DNA from: Lama glama
Lineage: Eukaryota
Length of the DNA stretch: 64,000 nucleotides
Assembly: GCA_028534125.1 (NCBI GenBank)
Contig: CM052816.1
Coordinates: forward strand, 38,628,001-38,692,000
Reading direction: 5' to 3'
Shown piece by piece: positions 14,111-27,758 of this stretch. The notes beneath the pieces were generated by a model. That model made no database searches, was not told the origin of the DNA, and saw nothing but the letters and a program-made list of their open reading frames with translations. A program made the position numbers and the translations under genes. Position 1 is the first letter of the stretch. Each line of letters starts with the position of its first letter.

Positions 14111-15620
14111 GCTACATGATTCCCACTACTGGATTTCCTTCAACGTTCTTAAACACCGTAATTCTCATCTTTCCTCTGTAGTGGTTCATTATTGACAAGA
14201 GGAGACTTAATTACATACATCTCCTCAGGTACCCTTTATTCAGAAATTTTTATCTATATGCTTATGAATAATATTCAATGAAAAAATAACTTTGGAGTTT
14301 CAATAAATCTAGAAAATGAAAAGGAAATGAATAGGGTACTAGTAACTGTTGAAAGCATCTCAGATTTCAGAATAAGATCCCATAACGTGTCTTCAAAGAC
14401 AAAGGAAGACTTGAAAGAGCTGAGAACATCAAAGTGATTCAATTAAGATTCCAGAGGAATTCATATCAGAACCACAATTACTGTAAACCTTTTAATATTC
14501 ATCTCAAGTAAAAGAATACATAGAGATTCAAAAAACAAATACTGAGAGCCTATTGGGTAGAAAGCACCATCCAAGATGCTAAAAAAAAAAAAAAATTAAA
14601 CACAATATGGATCCTGTCATCAGGAGAAAACTGCTTTGTAAAAAATAGCAAAACACAAAAAGCAAACCAAAAACAAACCCCAAAAACAAAAAACAAAATC
14701 TCCAGCCCTTGAGTTGCTTGCACAGCATGCATACCTTGAGGCAATTAGTGAGAGATTACTGCAATGCAGGCAAAATAAACTCAGTTGATCAAATCAGCTT
14801 GCTAAAAGGACTAAATCAGATAGTCTGAGTGGAAAACCATCAACCCAGTCCAGACTAAAATCAGACAATTTGGTCAGGGTGTGAAAGCATACCATTGTTC
14901 CCTTAATTTAACAGACATTTCACTTTGAACCAGGTGTTTGGCTGACACTAAGCTTCTTCTAGAAAGTGGGATCTGGCTTATTTCATTGTATTGGTTCTAA
15001 AATAATAAGAGCAAGACAAGGCAGATGGGGAAACAAAAGTAAAACCAAATGACCAAAATGATCATAGAAATCACATAAAATATAAAGTTAAAGAAAGGAG
15101 AGGAAAGGAAAGTAAGAGGATTGAATTAGATGATTTCTAAATGCCCTTTTCAGTTCTTAAAAAGAAAAAAAGTCCCTTGATCATATATCAAAGATTAGAA
15201 ATTAGAGAAAATGAGTTCAGATCATCCAAACACCGCAAATAACTTCAGGATGATATATAAAATAATGTATTTCCAAGTACATTTATCCAAAGTTCTATTT
15301 AAATTATTTCCATTCAAAAATTGTAAGGACTTAACTGCCAAATTCAGTGCCAAGTCTGAAGATGAATGAGACACATTTAATAGTTACATGAAGAACATAC
15401 GCTTACTTTGACAAACTGACATTTCCTTCTTGTGATCACTTAGGTTACTGCACGAAAAATACTCCAAACATAATGGTACTTTTCAGTCAGTAACATAATT
15501 GTATCATATTTTAATACTTTCTTGAAAAATATATGAAATTATATCAGATACATATACTTCACCTACATGGGGGGCAGGGAAGAACTACTCTGAGAAATAC
15601 AAATTGAAGTAGACCATGTT

Positions 15621-16363
15621 TGTAACTGAGCAGGACTCTTATTATCATCATTAGTGACCATCTGATATCTGTAATGGTGTTTGTAACTGCTTAACTATAA
15701 TGGTTTAAAGGGTTTTTCTCATGCTTGCTGAGCAGGTTTGGGCTGGAAAGGGGGTAGGCTTGGGTGGTCTGCCCAACCCGCATGTGGCGTTGCATGCAGG
15801 GATCATGCTTTTGCCTGTAGTTCCCTGCTCCTGACCCCAATGTCCTCCACTTGACCCCTTGTGGTTTCCTTGTATCCTGTTGTTCCAGATGCAAGCCTCA
15901 GCCTACAGCAGGAGGTCTCAGGCCTCAGCCTGCTTAAAAGGCTAAAAGCATTTATCAATCTGTCTTTAAACTGCACAAGTCTTTCTCTAGAGCTCTTTTC
16001 CACGGAGCCCCTTTCTATGCATCCTTTGTTCTAGGTACAAGACTATTAAGAGAGTCCCAAAGCCAGAGGTGAACTTCACACCCAGCAGAGGGAAGGGTTC
16101 TCTGCATCTGCAAAAACAAGAATAGCTTTTGTTACCCTGTATGTGATCTCTATGGAAACTAGCTCCACCCCTTGAGGTCTTGAACTTTTACTATAAAATC
16201 CCCTGCTTTCTCTCCCCAGCAGACTCACAGTCTTAGGGGCATTAGCCTACTGTGACCTCCTCTGCCTGGCAGAGAAATAAAGCTTCTTTTTCTACTTCAT
16301 CCAAAACCCTGTCCTTGAGTCTCAATTCAGTAAGCAGGGTATGGAGGCTATGTTTTGGCAACA
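15621..16363 (+). mobile_element. ERV1-class solo LTR (743 bp)
   Basis: TG...CA termini (tgtaac...ggcaaca); 4-bp TSD tgtt/tgct; TATAAAA at 16192-16198; AATAAA at 16276-16281; GC-richer than its flanks. Confidence 0.85.
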
Positions 16364-16898
16364 TGCTTGCATCATAATTAAGATTCCATGTTTAAAGTTG
16401 AATTATCTCTAAATATCTCTAGATATTCTCTCTTACTTCTCACCATTATATTTCTTTTAACTTAGACAGCGTCACTCAATTCTAGAAGTTTCTATATTAA
16501 TTCAGAAAGATTGCAGATGAAATGCTTCATTTCCTGGATGCCAAAGTAGTACCTTCTATGGGCTTATCATGAGGCAACACCAGACTAGTGGGTAAAAATG
16601 CAACATTGTTTTAAATTAAACTAAAACCTGCTTTAGGTTAATTACATTAATTGATGTTCACTTGAGTTTTTTATGGCAAAATATCACTTGTGTACATTTT
16701 GTATACATTTACCATGTTGCACTCATCACACCACGCAGAAATATTCTGAGTAACATAAAAATCCCAGAACCTTTAGAAGAAATTGTTATGAAAGATATTC
16801 AGATCTAAATACACTAAAAAGAATGTTCTATTATCTTACATATAAAATCTTATCATTGCCTTATTGCAAAGACTATACATAACATACTAGGCATTCCC

Positions 16899-17230
16899 AA
16901 TCATAAAATTTTAGAACTGAAATATATCTTAGAGACTGTGTAGTCCAGGATAGCAAAGACACAACACACACATGCTGCGATTCATCTTTTCTAAACCCAA
17001 GGCAGACAGCACCAATCAATTTCAGGTTTCTTTTTTGCTGAGCCTAGGTATGGTCTCCAGTGCTTATCCACACAGCATTCTAGGCTGGCCTTAGCCCACA
17101 GATCACAGCTGGCCCAGAAGATGAACTGTATTTGCTAACTCTAGTCCAGTCCAGCATCTTCAATATACAAACAAAGAAACTGAAGAAATTCCCCATTTTG
17201 CTGTTCTGTTAGTTTTGCAGTAGAGCTAAG
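16899..17230 (-). mobile_element. MIR fragment split by a MER112 insertion
   Basis: aatcataaaattttagaactg...cttagagactgtgtagtc resumes after the insert as cagcatcttcaatatacaaacaaagaaactgaag. Confidence 0.6.
16946..17143. mobile_element. MER112-like hAT-Charlie DNA transposon
   Basis: Ends caggatagcaaa / tatttgctaactcta are degenerate TIRs; internal ggcagacagcaccaatcaat...gctgagcc; degenerate 8-bp TSD gtgtagtc/gtccagtc. Confidence 0.75.
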
Positions 17231-17919
17231 ATCAAAACAGATTTTGAGCTTTTAAAGCTATATCTTGTAGTCTTGGAGAACTTTTTTAATAGTAAGAGTC
17301 AGGAGGTTTGAAATTAGAATATTTTTAATTTTAAAATCTCATTGCCTTATTTTCATTGCATTGTGGCTGCTGATTTTCATATACATAATGTGCTGTTATT
17401 TTTTCTGCTACCTCTCCCCATAAGCCAAAAACACTTCTTAAGAAAAAAAAATTAGTCCTCATCTTAAAAAATATATATTATTGAAGGAGTTACAGTTTTG
17501 TGACAAACAAACTTCAGGAATTCATGGGGCCAGTTAGTCCTGGAGATTTTTTCTCCTGGAAGTAGTTCCTCCTATGTAGCACATCTCAGGTTTGCTTTAC
17601 TGCTGACCCCCCAAAATTCTGGGGTTGTCCAACTCTACATGAGCATCTCCTAATTGGTTACTTTGATGTCTTACAAAGTCTATCATCCATCTTTAAACTA
17701 TATGAACCACTTCCTCATCATTTAGACAGAACTAGAATTCCCTTCCAAGGATTTTATTTAGTTTGGTGCTGAACAGCTGACATTTGGGTTCTGGCCCCCA
17801 TTCTCTTCCCCACACAGACATCCTTCTCTCTCTTCCCATCATGACCCAAACATGACACAAATCCAGCCCTTAGAACTTTTTAACAAATTAGAAGTGCTTG
17901 TTTCCCTTACTATCCAGTT

Positions 17920-19120
17920 TTAGCCATTTAATAAATACTTACTCAGCACCTACGATGTGACAGGTGCTGTTCTAGGTGCTAGGGCTCAGCAGCACACAGA
18001 GCAGAAAGCCTGACTCGGCGAGTTTACATTCTCATTTAAATTTTAACCAATAAATACACAGCATGCTAGTTGTTGATTACAGCTGAGGAACAAAGCAAAG
18101 GTAGGAGGCTTGGGAGTGGTGGGGGAGGCTCTTCTATACAGGCTAGTCAAGAAAGAGTCTATTGAAAACCCGATATCTGATCAGAGAACTCAAGACAGTA
18201 AAAACAAAACAAAACAAAAACAAAAATCAAGACAAAACAACACCAAAAAAAAAAAAAAACAATCTGTTTATCTACACGGGAAAAGAGCTTTTAGGCAAAG
18301 CAGTGCTTGGTTAGAGAGAGTATTTCAAGCCCCACAAATGAAAGAAACAATAGGAAATTGCACTCCAAACTTTTAAGGTCAAGGCAATGAGGGGGGACTA
18401 AGGAGGAACCTCTAGCAATGTATAAGAACAAGGTAAGATGGCATCTGAGATTTCACCTAAAGAACGTGTTTCAGGAATAATGAAATGGTTAACTGCATAC
18501 AATGACGCAGAGAGGCTGGGTAAGACAAGGAGAACTGATCATTCCATTTAGCCACATAAAAGTATCCTTTATGAGAGCGACTTCATGGTCATCAGGTGGG
18601 CTCAAAGACAAATGGGGACAAAGGACATACAGTATGTATAGAACAGCCCTTTCTAGGAGTTTTTCTCTGAAGAAGAGCAAATAAATTGAGTAAAGGGAAT
18701 TTTCAGAGTTTTGCTATTATAATTTGCTTTTAAGATAGGAGAAAGCTTATGTGTTTGTTCAACGAAATTATCTGTTAAAAAGCAAAAAATAATGAAGCAA
18801 GAGAGAAAAGAAGACTTGCTAGAGCAGTGTCCTTGATTAGGACACAGAGAGTAGGGTCTTAAGAGTAAATGGCGGGGGTGTGGTAAGGGAGAGGAGAAAT
18901 GGAGGGTGTTGCCATAGCTAGAAATACATTTCATCCATTGTGAAGAATGAAAGGTAGAATTTATGTGTATAGATGCAGGGGATTAAATAATGTGAGGCTA
19001 GGAAGATAGGGAAATTCTCTTCTGATTACGTCTATGAAATAATACTTCTGTGAAATAAAAAACAAAGTTACAGCTTAAAATGAGAAGTAAGGAAGAAGTG
19101 TTGAAGGTTTGAGGAGAAAG
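17920..19120 (-). mobile_element. L2 LINE (3' end plus body, interrupted by an A-rich tract)
   Basis: catttaataaatacttactcagcacctacgatgtgacaggtgctgttctaggtgctaggg is the reverse of the L2 3' terminus; purine-rich L2-like body continues to ~19120. Confidence 0.75.
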
Positions 19121-20879
19121 GAGACTCTTTCTCCTCTATCTAGTAAACAATCTGAACCAACCACCCCTTGCCCACAATAATGGAAAAGTGTAGGGAACGC
19201 TCCACTCTTTGCTGATTATTCACATCACTGCCCCCTTACATAATCAAGAGTTGATTGTACGTTCCAGAAAGATGGGCAAAGGGTTGGCTTATTATTTTCA
19301 CCTTGAAGATAATTGTCAAAAATCACTTAGCTCACAAATACGTTATATACTCTCTCCCTCCCAATCCCCAGTCATTTCCTAATTATAATCACATCATTTC
19401 AGTGTTCTCTCTGACTTCACTCAGGACATATGCATGTTTCTAAAACAAAGTTCCTCACAAATGCATTCACTTGGGAATCAAAACAGTAAAATTATTCACT
19501 GTCTTTTAGTCTTTCCAAGTAATTTTCTGTAAACCTCATCTTTATCTCTTTGGTCCCTTAATCTTTACTTATTTTAACTTGCAGTCTGATTACTATGCCA
19601 TTGTACTTTAAAGACTGGAGATACATTAGAAAATGTAAATGATAGCATAACATAAAATCTGCTGTAGTGAAATGAGTAACTGCTTCTTTCATGGTATCAT
19701 ATTGAGACATAAATGTAAAGCAGTTCACATCCATGATTGTTTTTAACATGCAGGCTAAGCATGCTTCTGTTTACATGGGAAAGAGGAGTGAAAGAACAAG
19801 GAGGATCGAGGGAGCTGTACTGGGATGCTTCTGGAACCTCTAAACGTACCTTTTCCAACAGGTGAAATATTTGACCTGGGACAGAAATCTGTTGTATTAG
19901 CAAGTCACACTTTGCTTAGGGCAAGACAGTCTTCTCACAGGGAAGAACAAAACAATAATTCTGCTGACTTCAGCTGCAGACTGAAAGCTAGGGCTGGAAG
20001 ATCTTAGAGAATCACAGGGCTCTCTCTCCCTAACCTTTCTTAGAGAGAGTCTCACATATCTTTGATTTATTTGACATTCATTACTGTGAATGACTCAACC
20101 TGATTGCCTAAAATCTAGCTATTACTCAAAGGGTGGAAGAAGGCATTCAGAGGATGGCAGAGCGGAAAGCAGAGGGCATCACAGGGCAGAGTTGTAGAGG
20201 GTGTAATCTCTGGTGGCAGGATTTGAGGAAACACAGAAGTACAAAGAGAAGAATTCAATGCAATTAGAAACAAAGAAAAGGGATAAAGGAAGCTACAAGA
20301 ATGAAAAATGATAAAAGTAAAAAAAGGAAGATGGTATTGCAATAACAGGAAAAAAAAGCTAAGATCATCCCCTCATATTAAATGATAAAATACCTAATTA
20401 TTAGATAATTAAATGCCCCAAAACTTGGAAAAAATAATAGATTTGTAGTATCTCTATAGGGCATCACATTTTAAACATAAACAGATTATTTTAAAAATCA
20501 CCAAAAAAGAATAACCATAAAGAAAATGAAAAATTTTAATATCAGAAAACAGCATAAAATAAAAGGGCAAATAGTTTCTTTTCTGTATCCTTCTCCCCTT
20601 CCCTTCCTTGCCTGCATGATTCAGTCCAAAACTAACAGGTAGGGCCAAGCCAGGCAGGTGGGAGAACGGGAAGTAGGTGCTCTGCTGAGCCAGTGAGAAG
20701 CTAGAGCATTTGTGGGCGAGAAGGGCCTTCTCTAGGAAGTAGGAGGGGAAGAGGAGCAAGGCTCTGAGGTCAAAGGGGAAGAGGAGGTGGTGTCTACGCG
20801 AGGGAGCAGCCTGGCGCACGGTGGTGAAGGCTGAGTAGAGTTAGGAAGACACCCAGAGGGGTGGGAGAAGAAGGTGGTG

Positions 20880-21210
20880 AGGCGGGAGGCTGGTTACAGA
20901 GAATTGATCAAATAAGTAAATACAGAGAGGATAAAGGGAGCCAGGTTTCTCACTGTGAACAAAGGGCTAACAAATACAGAGAAAAGGACAAGTGGAATGA
21001 AGCCTTTGATGTGGGATTGGAATTAAATACATCAGTGTGAACCTATTGATTTCATACTATACAGATACTTGTAAAAACAAATGTAGATGTAATTGTGTGT
21101 GCCCGTGTGTGTATGTTACCTACCTCTCTGTCTACTAAGGACTTCTGAGAGCAGTAACACTGCCAACAACCATGCGTACCCCAAGCAGCCAGCTCTTGTT
21201 TTCTGAAGTG
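20880..21210 (+). mobile_element. Old L1 (L1MC-type) 3' UTR fragment
   Basis: gggagccaggtttctcactgt...gattggaattaaatacatcagtgtgaac...agcagtaacactgccaacaaccatg...cagctcttgttttctgaa resembles the L1MC3/4 3' end. Confidence 0.65.
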
Positions 21211-21384
21211 AGTAGAAGATGCAAGCTAAGATATTTATTGTGACCATTTAGGATATTAAAATGACAGACAGTTTTTTTGCTTGTTCCTCTATTTCAAATA
21301 TTCTTAGAAGCCTCTAATATTTTTATAATGATAACAAATAGCTCAAGGAAATATTTAAGAGAAAAGAGAGGGAGATGAAGGTTC

Positions 21385-21847
21385 TGCAGCCAGTCTATGG
21401 ATGGTGTCCCTAGCCCTCCCTAGTGCTACAGATAGAAAGCCAAAAAGAAGTCACATTTTCCAGCTTGCTCTGGAGACAGGTATGGCCATACGTCAGAGTT
21501 CAGGCTGTAAGAAATAGGCAGAAGTCCTTGGAGATTTTCAACATGAATTCAAAGCCTATTAGGGACTGGCCTACTTAGTTCTTTTGTTCTCTTCTTCCTG
21601 CCGAGAAGACATACCCTCTCCCAGGAGGTTCAGCAGCCATCTTGTAACCCTGAGTCAATAAGCATGAGGACAAAGGCCTACACACTTCAGAGAACACAGA
21701 GTGGGAAGATGGAAAGCAACCAGGCCGCTGATGACCTTGAGCTTCTCTACCAGCTCTAGACTCCTATGAATTTGTTGCTCTATAAAACCAATAAGCCTTA
21801 TGTGTTTAAATTTCTATTTATAGAAGAATGCATTCTTAACTGATACA
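21385..21847 (+). mobile_element. MaLR solo LTR, MLT1J/K-like
   Basis: cagcagccatcttgtaaccctgag...ggaagatggaaagcaaccagg...gcattcttaactgataca terminus. Confidence 0.75.
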
Positions 21848-22449
21848 TGTATTTAAGTAAAGAGTGAAGGAGAGTAACAGAAAGAGAAAGGTGCTTACAC
21901 TGTGTACAAATAGAAGGCATGGGCCAAGGTACACATGACCTTCATGGCTAGGCTCAGCATTACAATAGTGATGTTGTCATTCCAGGATTGCAAACATGCC
22001 ATGTGCCTACAAACAAAAAGGGAAGTGTTTTCCAAAAACCACTTCTTCCTTTGAGTGAGAATTACCTGGCCTCCTAAAATGTGGCATTTAATTCAGTTAC
22101 ACATGTGGTTCACTTCTTACAAATGCAAATAAATTTTCTGATGTCTATTAAATGTAACTCTTTATTCCAAATTTTGCACTATTCCTGAGACTATGAAGTA
22201 CACTGGCAAATATTATGGATCTAGCCTTGCTCATTGCTTCTTGCATCTTCCTGGTTTTAACTTCAAGAATAGGGCACTTGAGATCAGAACAGGGCTGGGG
22301 AATATGGCACCTGTATCCTTAGGTGGCAGTAAAGCAAATACATAAATAAACTGTCATCTTTTGATGGAGAATAACCCAAAGTGACCTCTTGTGAGAAAAA
22401 TTTCATTCAAGTCTTACACTTATTAAGTATTAGCTAAAAAAAAAAAAAA

Positions 22450-23340
22450 GCTGTAAGAGAAGATATTTGCAATACAGATATTTGACAAAGGGTTAGTATC
22501 TGGAACATATAATAAACCTCTACAAATCACTAAGGAAAAATCCCCAGAAAAACCCATTAAAAAGGTAGGCAAAAAAATGAATCCATAACCAAAGTACCTA
22601 AATGAAAAATATTTAAAATTATGAAAATATTTCATTGGAGAAGTGCGAATTAAAAATTACAGTCAAGTATCACTGCATACTCACTGGAATGACGAAAATT
22701 AAAAAGATGGAAAATTCTCCAGGTTCTCCTGGAGAAACTAAAACTCTAATACACTGTTAGTATGAGTATAAATTGTGTAACCACTGTGGAAAACTATGTC
22801 TTTCAAAGCTAAACATACACAAACCTGTAACTCAGCAATTTGGCGCTTAGAAATGCATATAAATGTTCATGAAAAGACCAAGTTTTACGTCATATCACAG
22901 CAATTTGTAATAGTCAAAATCTGTAAACTGCCTGAATGACCGTCAAGAGCGAAATGCATAAACACAATCTAGTGTATTCACACAATGAACACGATACAAC
23001 AAGAATGAACAATCTACAACTATACACAGAAAATACGGCTGACTCTCCCAAACACAGTGTTGAGTGAAAAAAGCCAGACACAGAAGAGTACTACTCTGTG
23101 GTTCTGTGTCTAAAAAGTTCGGAAACGGGTGGAACTCTTTTGTGCTGTCAGGAGCGTGCTTACTCTTCGTGGAAGGAAGAAGAGACTGGAAAGCTGCACG
23201 GTGGGGAGTGGGGGTGCTGCTAATGTTCTATTTCTTGACAGATTATAAGTTGTCATCAGCGAAAATTTACCATCTCTACACTTACGTTCAATTGTTTCTA
23301 TGGACAGTAGATTTCAATAAATAGATACAAAAGTAAAAAA
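22450..23340 (+). mobile_element. Old L1 (L1ME/L1MB) ORF2 3' end and 3' UTR
   Basis: gagaagatatttgcaatacagatatttgacaaagggttagtatc (EKIFAIQIFDKGLVS); tgttgagtgaaaaaagccagacacagaagagta; ends aataaa plus an A-rich tail. Confidence 0.85.
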
Positions 23341-24194
23341 TGCATATAAACTTTGCATGCTTCTTTGTAATTTATCCATGTTTAGTATTCTTAAATTTCG
23401 GGCTTTTTTTCCCTCTGGGTAGTCAAGAAAAAGTTGACATTATAGAGAGGACAGGTTTATATATCAGCTTCTGTATCACTCTGAAATAACTACATGTTCC
23501 CTAAGATATCTTTTCTCCAGCCTGAAGAACATGAAAAGAAGTTCACATACCTTGCCATGAGGTCAAAAGTCATGTGGCAGAGCCCACGTTCTATTCTCTT
23601 CAGCCTTATTTTCAGATACACTTATAGTTAATATTCTATCCACATCAAATATTTGCTATTTGCTATATATGTCCCATTGTCTCATTCCAAATCTTTACTT
23701 ATCTCCATTATCTGGAGACTGACATAGTGAATACTCAATAATATTTATTAAAATAATAAAAAAATTGGCATTCAAGTTAATTTTCAGCATTGACAGCTAC
23801 TCTGTATAATGATCTCTCACTCATCAAAGAAGTTTCTGGTGGCCACTCCCTTTGGGGATCTGGCATACCACAAACTCCAGGCATTTTTCTGCAACAATCA
23901 GAAAGTATGAACCATGCCCTATGGGATCATGTGCTCAAATGTCAGCAGTTAGTGTGACACTTCAATAAACTAAGACAAACGTAGTTTAGTGTGTTGCTCC
24001 CAGCCATTAGCCACACATTCTGCACACCCTCAACCTTCACTCTCCCACCACACACCCCCCAAATGTACTGATGTTACGTTAAAACAAAAAAGTGACTCAG
24101 CAGCTATGAAATGACAAAACAGCCTACTTTTAAAGTGTTCACTTCGAGAGGTCAGATGAATCTGAGACTACTTACTGATTCTGCCTTTCTACAC

Positions 24195-24312
24195 CCAGAA
24201 TATAAGTTCTTTGAGCTCAGCAATTTTTATCTTCTGATTTCACTGCTGTTTCCAGCACCTAGGCTAGGTTATGGCACATGACTGGCACTTAATGATTATT
24301 TGTTGAGTAAAT
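24195..24312 (+). mobile_element. L2 3' terminus
   Basis: ccagaatataagttctttgag...ttcactgctgtttccagcacctagg...ggcacatgactggcacttaatgattatttgttgagtaaat. Confidence 0.7.
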
Positions 24313-24699
24313 ACATCAGATTGGCAGCATCAAAACTGACAGTCATGCTTCTCTTCCATGCACAGAGCACCTGACATCCCCAGACCAGTGATACTGAAGT
24401 TGCTATGCAATTCTAACTCCTTATGAAGAGAGAACATGTGAAAAAATATACATAGCTCTGTGTCACCAACAAAATCAAATGCAAATAATAATCACAAACT
24501 TCTATACTGTACAACTTCCAGATTTAAAAAATGAAGAACTATGCAATAAATTATACAATCCAGTTTTCAGAATAACGATTCCAAATTTACTAAAACTAAA
24601 AACAACAAGGATTACATTTTTCTTCACCAGAAGCCTTCTCACTTGGAGAGAATAACAAAGTGAAACTAATTAAAATATTTATCTAATATAATTTAGCAC

Positions 24700-24935
24700 A
24701 TACAGAGAGGTGACAAGAGCGTTGGGCTTGGAGTCAGATGGGACTGAATTTTAATCCAGCTCTAGCACTTATGCACTTATTAATAGTATGAATGACCATG
24801 GAAAAGTTTCACATGCAAAAAGAAGATAATTATATACTTCATGTGGTTTTTATGAAGAGTAAAAGAGACAATGCATTAAAATTTTAGTACATAGGCTGGC
24901 ACAGATCAAGTTCGTAATAGATGTTAGATCTTGTT
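24700..24935 (+). mobile_element. MIR SINE
   Basis: aagagcgttgggcttggagtcagatgg...ttttaatccagctctagcactta...gtggtttttatgaagagtaaaagagacaatgca. Confidence 0.7.
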
Positions 24936-25862
24936 ATTTGAGTGTCTTCTTGATAAATATTATGTTGGAGTTTTGACTGGTTTTAATTTTTTAATATTTT
25001 TAGAAAAAATTCAGCAACATTCATACTTCGGGGGGTTTCTGAATCTGCTGATATAAAAAAAAATCAGAAGCTTATTTCACTCATGGGGTCAAAGTTGCAT
25101 ATGAGATCATCATCTAATCTTCCTCTATTATGGAGAGCAAAATTATTCTCCCAAAGTGATCCACCTTTAATCCAGTCACAAAGAGTTGCCATTTCCAATT
25201 TTAATTGACAAATCTAATTACTGTGATGAGTTTATTTATAGTCACTACTCAATATCTATTGATAGTTTCTTGACCTTGAAGAATATCATCCAATTAACAT
25301 GGCAATATGTGTTAATGGATTTTTAAATTACTTCACACTGGATAAAAGGTAAAAGGAAAAAAGGAAATTCATTTCCAGAAAGATGAATGACAATTTTTGA
25401 AAACAAGTCTTATGTATGGTACTGAATATGGAACACTAAGGGTTTCCTTTGCATTCATTTGGTATTATGGTATCTGGGGGAATTTATTTTATTGATCAAT
25501 GGTACATGTTATGGGAATTCTTTCAGGGACTCAGTCCCTAAACTTAGGGAACCAAGTATCTGGTCAACACAAAGCGGAGTCTTTTTATTTTTAAAATTTG
25601 TTAAATTTTACTTCTTTCTTTCAGAATGTAAAAAGTTGATAGGTGACTGATTAATAAAAATCTCCAACTCCCTGAAACAATGGGAGACAAGGAATCTTTC
25701 TCAGAAAATTGAAGGGGAATAACTGTAGGCTTGCCAGTGACCCCTGGAGAAGGAGCAGCCACCATTCAGGTGCTACTTTCCCCACTGCCTCGTCATGCTC
25801 CCTTCTCATTCTCCATATTTATTTTACCCTGAATTTAAGGCCTACTTCTCAACACGGAGTTG

Positions 25863-25975
25863 GAATCATAGAGTATCATAGCTGGAAGGAACCCTAGAAG
25901 TTATTTACCCCATCTACCATTTAGAGAAAACATGGCGAGAAATTGAGAGTTGAAGTGGCATGTCCTTGGTCAAAG
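25863..25975 (-). mobile_element. MIR fragment
   Basis: gaatcatagagtatcatagctggaaggaaccctagaagtt...ttgaagtggcatgtccttggtca. Confidence 0.55.
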
Positions 25976-26056
25976 TGATGAATACTTTTGCTTCCTTCTC
26001 AGCCTCCTTCTATTATACCATTTTCCTCTCCAAAGCAGGGATCTTGCATTAGGATG

Positions 26057-26438
26057 TGACATGGACTGGATCTGTTCCTCACCCAAACTCATATGTTGAA
26101 GTCCTAACCCCCAGTCCCTTAGGATATGAGTGCACTGGGAGACAGAACCTTTAAGAGGTAATTAGGATTAAATGAGGCTATAAGTTTGGGGCTCTAATCA
26201 AATATGAGTGCTGTCCATGTAGGAAGAGGAAGGACACCAGGAATGAACGCCTACAGAGGAAATACCAAGTGAGGACGCAGCAAAACGACAGCCAAGGAGA
26301 AAGGATTCAGCAGAAGCCAAACCGGCCAACACCTTAATCTTGGACTCGAACCCCCAGAACTATGAGAAAATCAGTTTTTGTCATTAAAACCACCCCATCT
26401 GTGGCATTTTGTTATGACAGCCCCGGCAGACTAACACA
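26057..26438 (+). mobile_element. MaLR solo LTR, MLT1B/A-like, inserted in an L2 3' end
   Basis: atggactggatctgttcctcacccaaactcatatgttgaagtcctaacccccag ... tgtggcattttgttatgacagccccggcagactaacaca; an L2 terminus (ggcacagagtaggtgttcaa...gaatgaa) follows. Confidence 0.9.
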
Positions 26439-27654
26439 GGGAGTTCGTGTTCTACTACCTTCTACCACCTGGCACACTAACGGGCACAGAGTAGGTGTTC
26501 AACTTACAAAGAAAGGAAGGGATGAATGAAGCAAGGAAGAAAAGAGAGAGGAAGGAAACAATGAAGGGAGACTTTGCAGGAGAAAAGTAGTGTCTTCAGG
26601 ACCGAAACCCAAAATGCCCAGGCCCTTCCCACTGCAGCGAATGCTGTGACCCTTCTCAGTTCTAAAGCCTGGTAGGCGCTTGGTTTTCTGTGTGCCTTGC
26701 AGATCACTTTTAGCCTTTCATGTTTATTTATCACTATGCACCTGGAGGACAGCAATTTTATCCCTCATGGGTCCCAAATCTACATGTTTGAAATCAGTAG
26801 TTATATCTGAAGAGAGAAAAATAGACTTAACACCTGTGAAATTCCTATTTTCCTTCAAGCAGTTTATTAAGAAATACTTCACGTATTGAGCAGAAGTAGG
26901 TTAGCCAGGCTACATCTTAAGAATCTGCACAGTTACCACAAACTATTTTGCCCTGATATCTAATCTGTTAAAGATAGGGCTGGGGAAGAGTGAGAGGAGA
27001 TTTAAATATTTGCTCGTCGTTTGGAAGGGATATTTTCTTTCAAGACAGACACCTAAGAAAGGAAATTGTGCCTCTAGAGTTTAGGAAGTACTCATTTTCC
27101 TGGCATAAGATAAATTGGAATGGACTATTGCATTGAGAACTATCTCTAGTACACTGAAGTGTAGCAAACTGATGCTCAGGGAGGCTCATTGTACATGAAG
27201 ATGTTTCAGTCAAATGCACTCAAGCACAGTTTTGAAACTGTGCTTCAGTATTCTGAAAGAATCCAGGTAATAACCTATTTAAAATCATAGCCTTTAATAT
27301 TTTGTTTTTTCCACCTGCAACAAGGGCTGGGGGAGGCTTCACTAGTGGAGATAAGATGACAACAGAAGACCTTGCCAGATAAGTAGGAAATCCATCCAGA
27401 CCTTGACTGGCTGGCAACTGCATGGACACACAGTCACCTTTCAATTCTCTCTATAAGGTATCCATGGTTCATGGCTTACAGATTCTGTGACCCTCTGGAT
27501 TCCGTAAGTGTCTGCCAGAAGGAAAATAATATCTTTAATGTGACCTGAATCTTTTGATACAATTACGGCCTAGTAATTCATTTACTTTGGCAGTTGTATC
27601 AACATTACGTGTCATCTGTCATCCAAAGCCACTGAACAATACAGAGGAAAAAAT

Positions 27655-27758
27655 CGTGTGTCTACACGTGCATGTGTATCTATGAATGTGTGCATGCATA
27701 CTTGTATGTTTGTGTGCGCATATGCATGTAACTGAGTATATATGTGTGCGTGTATGTC
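27655..27758. repeat. Degenerate (TG/TA/CA)n alternating purine-pyrimidine tract
   Basis: cgtgtg...tgtgtgcatgcatac...gtgtgcgcatatgcatg...atatgtgtgcgtgtatg. Confidence 0.75.
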
